From: Gemmatimonadota bacterium
GTDB lineage: Bacteria > Gemmatimonadota > Gemmatimonadetes > Gemmatimonadales > Gemmatimonadaceae
Length of the DNA stretch: 31,901 bases
Direction of reading: 5' to 3'
Assembly (NCBI GenBank): GCA_031372565.1
Contig: JANMLN010000188.1
Coordinates: 1-31,901, forward strand
Every line of letters begins with the position of its first letter. Position 1 is the stretch's first letter. Below the pieces are notes generated by a model that did not search any database, had not been told where the DNA came from, and saw nothing but the letters and a program-made list of their open reading frames with translations. Below are positions 16,139 to 22,866 of the stretch, in pieces. The position numbers were made by a program, and so were the translations under genes.

Positions 16139-17991
16139 ATCGCGACCGGATCACGGCGTTCGCACGGCAAGCGGTCGAACCGCTGCTCGCGTCGGGCGTG
16201 CTCGTGGCCGGTGCGCTGGCGCTCGGCGTCGCGGTCGACCACCGCGTTGCGCCGACCACTTGGTACTGCGGTCTGCTCATTCTTGGCGCGCCCGTGGTGT
16301 GGCGCACGGTCGCGGGCATGCTCCGCGGACATTTCGCGAGCGACGTGGTGGCGATGCTCGCCATCGTGGTCGCCATCGCGACGCTGCAGCCGCTCGCGGG
16401 GCTCGTGATCGTGCTCATGCAGACGGGGGGCGAAGCGCTCGAACGGTATGCCGAAGGACGCGCCTCCAATGCGGTGCGCGAACTCGAAGCGGCCGCGCCA
16501 CGCATCGCGCATCGCGTCAATGCCGACGCGGCCGAGGATATTGCCGTCGACGCGATTGTCGTCGGCGATCGGCTGCTCGTGCGGCCCGGCGAGATGTTCC
16601 CGTGCGACGCCGAAGTCATCGATGGACGCTCGGATGTCGATGTCTCGCGCCTCACCGGTGAGCCCGTGCCGGTCAGCGCCGCCGCCGGCACGACGCTGCC
16701 GTCGGGCGCGCTCAACGGGCAGGGACCGCTGACCGTGCGAGCGCTGAAGGTGAGTCGCGATTCACTGTATGCGCGCATCGTCGAACTGGTGCGCTCGGCG
16801 CAGGACGCGAAGTCGCCGTTGCAACGACTGGCCGATCGGTATGCCATCTGGTTCACCCCCATCACGCTGGTGGCGTGCGTGGCGGCGTATCTGTTCTCGC
16901 ACGACTGGCTCCGCGTGCTTGCGGTGCTCGTGGTCGCCACGCCGTGTCCGCTCATTCTGGCAACGCCGGTCGCGATCATCGGGGGGATCAACCGCGCGGC
17001 GCGCCGCATGATCATCGTGCGCACGGGGAGCGCGCTCGAGTCGCTGGCGAAGGTGCGCATTGCGGTGTTCGACAAGACGGGGACGCTCACGCTCGGCCGT
17101 CCGGTCGTGGAGCGCGTGGAGGTGTTGGGCACGCTCGACGCCAACCAGGCGCTGCGACTTGCGGCTGCGGTGGAAACGCAGAGTGGACATCTGCTCGCCC
17201 GCACGCTGGTGGACGCGTCCGTCGCGCTCAGCGGCGCGCCGCCCGAGCCCACCGCCGTGATGGAGGCCCCCGGGCGCGGCATCACCGGGACGGTGGAGGG
17301 TCGCGTGGTCGCCGTGGGATCGCCGCGCTGGTTGGCCGACACCTACCCCGCGCAGGCTGCGCGCGTGACCGAGCTGGCCGAACGCACCGAGGGGCTGCGC
17401 GCGTTCGTGATGGTGGATGGCGTCCCCGCGGCCATCGTGCATTACGCCGATGCGGTGCGCCCCGGTGTCGGCGCCGTGCTCTCCCGACTCAAGTCGCTGG
17501 GGGTCACGCGCACGCTGCTGCTCTCGGGTGATCACGGGCCGAACGCCGAGCGCGTGGCGCGCGAGCTGGGGATCACCGAAGTGAAGGGCGACCTGCTGCC
17601 GCAGGACAAGACTGCCATCGTGCAGCAGCTGGTGGCACAAGGCGAGTCCGTGCTGATGGTCGGCGACGGGACCAACGATGCGCCGGCGTTGGCGGCGGCG
17701 TCGGTCGGCATCGCCCTGGCCGGACATGGCGGCGGGATCACGGCCGAAGCGGCCGATGCGGTGATTCTGGTCGACGACATCGACCGCGTGGCCGATGCGA
17801 TCGCGATCGGGCAGCGCACCATTCAGGTGGCGCGGCAGAGCATCGTGTGGGGGCTCGCGCTGTCCGGCGCGGCCATGGTCGTGGCCGGGCTCGGGTACCT
17901 GCCGCCGGTGATGGGGGCGTTGGTGCAGGAGGGGATCGACGTGGCGGTGATCCTCAATGCGCTGCGCACGAGCCGCGACCCGTCGGGCTGA
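16135..17991 (+). CDS. Heavy-metal P1B-type ATPase, P1B-5 subclass
   Basis: GTG 16135 (GTGA overlap). LTGEP, TM motif TPCP, DKTGTLT, GDGTNDAPAL, QX4GX3SX3M and PX6QEX2DX5N. No N-terminal metal-binding domain and no C-terminal hemerythrin. Confidence 0.9.
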   Translation: MNRDRITAFARQAVEPLLASGVLVAGALALGVAVDHRVAPTTWYCGLLILGAPVVWRTVAGMLRGHFASDVVAMLAIVVAIATLQPLAGLVIVLMQTGGEALERYAEGRASNAVRELEAAAPRIAHRVNADAAEDIAVDAIVVGDRLLVRPGEMFPCDAEVIDGRSDVDVSRLTGEPVPVSAAAGTTLPSGALNGQGPLTVRALKVSRDSLYARIVELVRSAQDAKSPLQRLADRYAIWFTPITLVACVAAYLFSHDWLRVLAVLVVATPCPLILATPVAIIGGINRAARRMIIVRTGSALESLAKVRIAVFDKTGTLTLGRPVVERVEVLGTLDANQALRLAAAVETQSGHLLARTLVDASVALSGAPPEPTAVMEAPGRGITGTVEGRVVAVGSPRWLADTYPAQAARVTELAERTEGLRAFVMVDGVPAAIVHYADAVRPGVGAVLSRLKSLGVTRTLLLSGDHGPNAERVARELGITEVKGDLLPQDKTAIVQQLVAQGESVLMVGDGTNDAPALAAASVGIALAGHGGGITAEAADAVILVDDIDRVADAIAIGQRTIQVARQSIVWGLALSGAAMVVAGLGYLPPVMGALVQEGIDVAVILNALRTSRDPSG

Positions 17992-17998
17992 GCTGCGT

Positions 17999-18282
17999 GT
18001 TGTCGTCCTGAGCGGAGCGAAGGACCTGCTTGTTGTCGTCCTGAGCGGAGCGAAGGACCTGCTTGTGCTGTTCACGAAAAACAGAAGCAGATCCTTCGCT
18101 GCGCTCAGGATGACAGAAGCAGATCCTTCGCTGCGCTCAGGATGACAGAAGCAGATCCTTCGCTGCGCTCAGGATGACAGAAGCAGATCCTTCGCTGCGC
18201 TCAGGATGACAGAGGATTCGCTGCGCTCAGGACGACAGAGGCGTCGCTGCGCTCACGGTCACGGAGGCGTCGCTGCGCGCCG
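17999..18282. repeat. REP/REPIN-like cluster 3: two 33-bp left arms, loop, four 32-bp inverted arms, three decaying 26-bp copies
   Basis: Left arms at 17999 and 18032; ACAGAAGCAGATCCTTCGCTGCGCTCAGGATG at 18081, 18113, 18145 and 18177; degenerate copies at 18209, 18235 and 18261. Confidence 0.92.
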
Positions 18283-18296
18283 CCCGTCGATCGCGC

Positions 18297-19355
18297 TCAC
18301 GACGTCGCCGGCACCCGCAGCGTGCACCCCGGCAACTCCGCCACGAACCCCGCCCCGAACGCCAGGCTCGGCGTCTGGTACCCCGCGGCCACGCCTCCCG
18401 CCAGCATGCGCCGCACGCACTCCACCGACGCCTGCGCCGTGTGCACATACCCCTCAGGCGTCGTGAGCGTCCCTTCGACCACCGTGCCTGCCGCGTCGCG
18501 CACGCGCCCCCAGAGCTCCATCCGCGCACTCGTGCGCGCGGCTTCATCGGGCCCCGCCGGCGCCGCATCGATGCGCGCCTCGAGCCACCGCTGCACCGGC
18601 CCCAGCGCCAACAGCGGCCCGATGTACCGCGCCAGCTTCATGAACCGGATCTGCGACGGCGGCGCCGCAATGGACGTCGTGATATCGGGAATGCGCGTCG
18701 AACGCCACGCGGTCGCCACGTCGCCCCATGGAATCGACACGACCGTGCGCCGCCTGTCGTGAAACGACGCGTGGCTGATCAGGTAGGCCATCGGCACCCG
18801 ACGAATCTTCCCGTCGCGTCGCACTGCGCCGCCCTGGCCCAGTCCGCTCGCCATCGTCTTGGCCGTGCCGCGGCTCCAGCCAGCGCCACCACCGAACGCG
18901 AGTTCAAGCGACGTCGCACCGGGCAGCGCCGCCTTGAGCGACGCCGCCAGCGAATCGCTTGGCACCACGTCGAAGCCCACGCCGGGCATGACCGTGATGC
19001 CTGCCGCCTTCGCCTCGGCGTCCTTGCGCGCGCACCCTTCGAACACGGCAATCTCGCCCGTGATGTCGAGATAGTGCGCCTTGGCCGCGAGGCATCCGCC
19101 CAGCATGGATTCAAAGGTGCGGAAGAAGGGGCCGGCACAGTGCAGCACGAGCACCATCCCCTCGACACCGCGCGCGACCGTCGTCGCATCCTCCAACCCG
19201 AACACCCGATGCTCGAGCCCGTGCGCGGCCGCGAGCGCCTGCACCTTGCCCGCGTTGCGCCCCGCGAGCACCGGGCGCAGTCCGCGCCGCACGGCCTCGG
19301 CCACGATCAACTCGCCCGTGTAGCCGTTGGCCCCATAGATCATCCACTGCGCCAT
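18297..19355 (-). CDS. Saccharopine dehydrogenase-like NAD(P)-binding oxidoreductase
   Basis: IYGANGYTG, LAGRN, LHCAGPF, HYLDITGE, GVGFDVVPSD. Confidence 0.9.
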   Translation of the reverse strand: MAQWMIYGANGYTGELIVAEAVRRGLRPVLAGRNAGKVQALAAAHGLEHRVFGLEDATTVARGVEGMVLVLHCAGPFFRTFESMLGGCLAAKAHYLDITGEIAVFEGCARKDAEAKAAGITVMPGVGFDVVPSDSLAASLKAALPGATSLELAFGGGAGWSRGTAKTMASGLGQGGAVRRDGKIRRVPMAYLISHASFHDRRRTVVSIPWGDVATAWRSTRIPDITTSIAAPPSQIRFMKLARYIGPLLALGPVQRWLEARIDAAPAGPDEAARTSARMELWGRVRDAAGTVVEGTLTTPEGYVHTAQASVECVRRMLAGGVAAGYQTPSLAFGAGFVAELPGCTLRVPATS

Positions 19356-19361
19356 GTCGCG

Positions 19362-20255
19362 TTACCCGAAGAGATGATGTCGCGCTGCCTCGGAGATCGT
19401 GACGACCGCCGGGTGCTTGAGCTTCCGATCCGCCGAGATGGCGTAGAACCGTTCGCGCACCTCGTCGAGGCGGCCGAGCACCTGCACGCCATAGGAGGCG
19501 CGCACGCTCGTTTCGGCAACGGTCGGCGCGGCAAACAACCCCATGCCCGCCTGGCCGAACACCTGCAGGATCGCCACGTCGTCCACTTCGGCGACCACCG
19601 ACGGGCGGACCCCGGACGTGTGAAACCACTGTTCGAGGGAACGCCGCAGCGCGCTCGTTTCGCCATGCAACAGGAACGGCGCGCCGTCGAGTGAGTGCGG
19701 AAAGTTGCGCCGGTACTTGCGCGCCAGTGCCGGCGTGCCGAACACGGTCACGCCACACTCGCCGAGCAAGTGGTTGAAGGCGCGAATGCGCACGGTCGGT
19801 GGCACCGGCACGTCGGCGAGCACGAGATCGAGCGCGTGAATGGCCAGGTCGCCCAGCAGTCGATCCACCTTGTCGGTGCGACAGGTGACGCGATACTCGG
19901 CGGCGGCGTTTCCCAGTGCTGGCTCGAGCAGCTTCCACGCCGTGAGCTTGGGAAGCGCGTCGCTGATCCCGACGGCAAAGCGCACGGGTCGTCCCGTGGG
20001 ACGGCCGGCCAGCGTGGTGACCAGTTCGCGGCCGAGGCCGAAGATCTCCTCGGCGTAGCGGAGCGTGACCTGTCCGACGTCCGTGAGCACGAGGTTGCGC
20101 CCGCGCCGCTGGAACAGTTGCTCGCCCAACTCCTGCTCCAGCGCCTTGAGCTGCACCGAGATGGTCGGTTGCGTGAGCCCGAGCACGCGCGAGGCGCGCG
20201 AGATCGATCCCTCGCGCGCCGTGACCCAGAAGTAGTGCAGGTGTTGGTAGTTCAG
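19362..20255 (-). CDS. nhaR: LysR-family regulator, NhaR-like (probable CTG start)
   Basis: The frame extends upstream of the ORF-track start to (L/M)NYQHLHYFWVTAREGSISRASRVLGLTQPTISVQLK, the NhaR-type HTH. Also LAIHALDLVLAD, FNHLLGEC, ERFYAIS, HPAV. 297 aa from CTG 20255. Confidence 0.82.
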   Translation of the reverse strand: MNYQHLHYFWVTAREGSISRASRVLGLTQPTISVQLKALEQELGEQLFQRRGRNLVLTDVGQVTLRYAEEIFGLGRELVTTLAGRPTGRPVRFAVGISDALPKLTAWKLLEPALGNAAAEYRVTCRTDKVDRLLGDLAIHALDLVLADVPVPPTVRIRAFNHLLGECGVTVFGTPALARKYRRNFPHSLDGAPFLLHGETSALRRSLEQWFHTSGVRPSVVAEVDDVAILQVFGQAGMGLFAAPTVAETSVRASYGVQVLGRLDEVRERFYAISADRKLKHPAVVTISEAARHHLFG

Positions 20256-20270
20256 GGCCGCTCCCCGTCG

Positions 20271-21158
20271 CTAGTACTTGTACGTGAGGATGAGTCGCGT
20301 GATCGAGACGTCATCCGGGCTCGTGTAGATCTGCCCGGTGAGATCCACCCGGCGAAACATCCGCCACGTGGCACCGCCGCCCAACGTGAACCGGTTGATG
20401 CGCTCCTTGATCGTCACGAGCGACCGATCGACCGGCGGCAGCGGCGTGATGTATCCCACGCCCGGCTGGAAGTTCACCTGGAACTCGGGCTGCATCGAGT
20501 TCACGCCGGTGGTGAGGAAGACGGCATACTCGCCGAGGTCGATGGCGGCCGACAGCTCCGCCCCGGACACATTGGGCGTGTAGCGGTCGTTCGAGATCTG
20601 CTTGCCCCAGCAGTCCTGCGTGGCATTGGCCTGCAGCGCATCCAGGCCGCACGTGATCGGTCCTTCGACGGAGCCAAGCACGGTGTGCACGCGGGCCTGC
20701 GCAATCAGGCTCGATCCGGCCACGATCGCCACGCGACGGGTCCACGCGAGCGCCACACCGAGCAGGTTGGCGGTCGCGTCCTTGACCTGGAGCGGCGGGA
20801 CATACGACAGCTCGACCTCGAAGTTGAACGGCAATCCCACCGTGAGGCGCGGCCGCGGAAAGATCGACGCGAGGTTGGTCGACTCCTGCTTCGAGCTGGC
20901 GTAGCAGTTGGTGGCCCGCTGCGCGCTGTTCGCCGACGGCATGGGCGTGACGTCCAACGAGAGCCGCCACTGGCCGGGGCGCAGTTGATCGGGCTGCACC
21001 GAGGTGCTGAAGGCGAGCGGCACGGCATAGAACGCGAGGAGCCTGGCCTCCGGACTCGTGACCGGGAGGTTGGTGCACTGGGCCGCCATGGAGCGAAGCG
21101 GCAAGACGACCACGGCGGCCGCGACGAGCGCGGCCGACAATCGGCGGAGAGGCATCAT
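20271..21158 (-). CDS. Secreted probable outer-membrane beta-barrel protein
   Basis: Signal peptide ending MAA|Q, amphipathic strands (PRLTVGLPFNFEVELSYVPP), C-terminal aromatic TYKY, four Cys. Confidence 0.65.
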   Translation of the reverse strand: MMPLRRLSAALVAAAVVVLPLRSMAAQCTNLPVTSPEARLLAFYAVPLAFSTSVQPDQLRPGQWRLSLDVTPMPSANSAQRATNCYASSKQESTNLASIFPRPRLTVGLPFNFEVELSYVPPLQVKDATANLLGVALAWTRRVAIVAGSSLIAQARVHTVLGSVEGPITCGLDALQANATQDCWGKQISNDRYTPNVSGAELSAAIDLGEYAVFLTTGVNSMQPEFQVNFQPGVGYITPLPPVDRSLVTIKERINRFTLGGGATWRMFRRVDLTGQIYTSPDDVSITRLILTYKY

Positions 21159-21243
21159 CAGAAGTTGGTTCGCGGGGCTGCGGTGCGGAAGCTACCCCGA
21201 CTGGCGCCCGCCGTTCCGCCGCATTTGTCCGCTGCGATGCACT

Positions 21244-21279
21244 GCGATGCGGCGCCCCCAAGCCGGAGCGCCGCATCGC
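21244..21279 (-). terminator. 12-bp perfect hairpin just downstream of sbtB; possible terminator or mRNA-stability element
   Basis: GCGATGCGGCGC (21244-21255) and GCGCCGCATCGC (21268-21279), 8 nt after the sbtB stop; no U-tract. Confidence 0.45.
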
Positions 21280-21287
21280 GAGGGTGC

Positions 21288-21605
21288 TCAGGCGTACTTC
21301 TCGCCGCGCAGCACGTGGACCTCGCTCACCCACGCGATCACGGCGTAGTGAGCGAAGTAGTGTGCGGCCATGTGGTCCATGATCGCGTGTGCGCTGGCGG
21401 CCGAGACGACGCACTCGAGGCGGACGTGCGCGCCGCCGAAGTCCGAGGCCCGGATGCCGCGTGAGCCTTGGCCGCGCCCTTCGCTCACGGAGAACCCGCG
21501 GGCGCCGAGCGACCGCAGCTCGCGCGTGAGCTGTTCCTCGAGCACGGGTTCGGCGATGATCGTCACGAGCTGCAGCGTGGTGCCAAGAGGCGAGGCTGAC
21601 ATCAT
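21288..21605 (-). CDS. sbtB: P-II-like signalling protein, SbtB-like
   Basis: TGATG overlap with sbtA; LVTIIAEPVLE...LGARGFSVSEGRGQGSRG...VLRGEKYA; 105 aa. Confidence 0.85.
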   Translation of the reverse strand: MMSASPLGTTLQLVTIIAEPVLEEQLTRELRSLGARGFSVSEGRGQGSRGIRASDFGGAHVRLECVVSAASAHAIMDHMAAHYFAHYAVIAWVSEVHVLRGEKYA

Positions 21606-22603
21606 CACATCCCGGCCGCCCACTGGGCGGCCCTGAAGTAGAGGGGAATCCCGAAGAGCACGTTGAACGGGAAGGTGATCGCGAGTGCCGAGGTGAGGTA
21701 CAGGGTCGGGTTCGCGTCGGGGAGCGTGACACGCACCGCCGGCGGTGCGGCGATGTAGGACGCGGACGCGGCCATGGTCCCCAGGACCGTGGCACCGCCC
21801 ACCGACAGACCGGCCAGCGTGCCGAGCCACGCGCCGAGGCAGCCGTGTACGACCGGCCACGCGATCGCGAAGACGAAGAGGAAGGGTCCGACCTTGCGCA
21901 GGTCGCCCAGGCGCGCGCCCGCGAGCACGCCCATCTCGAGCAGGAAGATGCAGAGGACACCGCGGAAGATGGCGCCCTTGGAGTCATAGAACGGCTGCAC
22001 GACCTCCCAGTTCTTGTGTCCCATCAGCGCGCCGATGATCAGGCCACCGACGAGCAGCACCATCGTGCGGGCGGTGAGGACCTCGTGCAGGACGTGCTTG
22101 ATGTTCTGTTCCGGGCGCGCCGTCTTGATGGCGCCGATCGCGAGCGCAATGTGGATGCCCGGGCTCTCGAGGAGCGCGAGCAGCGTGGGCATGAACCCCT
22201 CGACGGGCGGGATGGCGGGGTTGGCCTGCGCCATGGCGGTCATGAAGTTGCCGGCCGCGACGAAGGTAACCGCGGAGACCGACCCGTAGTGGGCGGCGAT
22301 GCCGGCCGAGTCCGAGATGGAGAACTTGCCGAGATAGCGCAGCGTGCCGTAGGCGCTCAGCGGCGTGATGACGCCGAGCAGGATCGTCATGCCGGCCGGC
22401 TTGAGGATCGACGCGAAGGAGGCGTCGGCCAGCTCCACGCCGCCCTTGAGGCCGAGGGCGAAGAGGAGGTAGACGGAGATGCCGGTGTAGATGTCCTTGG
22501 GCAGGGAGAACTCGCTCCGGATGAGCCGGGCGACGATGCCGAGCGCGAAGGACAGCGCGATCGGGTTCAGGAGATTGGCCTTGAGGAGGCCGGACATGTC
22601 CAT
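21605..22603 (-). CDS. sbtA: Sodium-dependent bicarbonate transport family permease, SbtA-like
   Basis: Polytopic; YLLFALGLKGG, AAHYGSVSAVTF, LLESPG, FLLEMG, ASASYIAAP, ITFPFN. Confidence 0.92.
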   Translation of the reverse strand: MDMSGLLKANLLNPIALSFALGIVARLIRSEFSLPKDIYTGISVYLLFALGLKGGVELADASFASILKPAGMTILLGVITPLSAYGTLRYLGKFSISDSAGIAAHYGSVSAVTFVAAGNFMTAMAQANPAIPPVEGFMPTLLALLESPGIHIALAIGAIKTARPEQNIKHVLHEVLTARTMVLLVGGLIIGALMGHKNWEVVQPFYDSKGAIFRGVLCIFLLEMGVLAGARLGDLRKVGPFLFVFAIAWPVVHGCLGAWLGTLAGLSVGGATVLGTMAASASYIAAPPAVRVTLPDANPTLYLTSALAITFPFNVLFGIPLYFRAAQWAAGM

Positions 22604-22646
22604 GCGGGGCGACTCCGGGTGCGGGGCGGATGTGTGACCTGCATGA

Positions 22647-22694
22647 ATACTAAGTGAAACAAAACAGTATATGCAACACTTAGAGCAGGTCTAT
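22647..22694 (-). promoter_or_regulatory. Putative sbtAB sigma70-type promoter with tandem LysR T-N11-A boxes
   Basis: AT-rich island. Minus-strand TTGCAT (22676-22671), 18 nt, TAGTAT (22652-22647). Dyad TAG-N7-CTA at 22681-22693; second T-N11-A at 22670-22682 overlapping the -35. Confidence 0.55.
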
Positions 22695-22866
22695 ATAGCG
22701 TCGGCGCGGGCCACACCGCCGCCGTGAGCCGCATCACCGCCGCCGACCGGTCGTGGGTCGTATTGTCGTGCACGCCTGCCGCGCCGCGCGCCGCGTGGTT
22801 GCCCCGGCCCGTGCGGGGGCGCACTATTCACAGGTCGTCCTGCTTCCTCGAAGCCCCGTCGTAATC

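Noticed and set aside
17957..18145. 62-aa ORF with a repeated VVVLSGAKDLL peptide as a RiPP precursor for the ATP-grasp pair
   Set aside because: It is a translated DNA palindrome overlapping the ATPase 3' end, about 6 kb from the ligases, with no leader/core architecture.
19362..21158. Single barrel-LysR fusion gene interrupted by a nonsense mutation or a recoded TAG
   Set aside because: The upstream protein ends in a typical barrel C-terminal aromatic residue, the two products belong in different compartments, and an SD plus CTG explains independent initiation.
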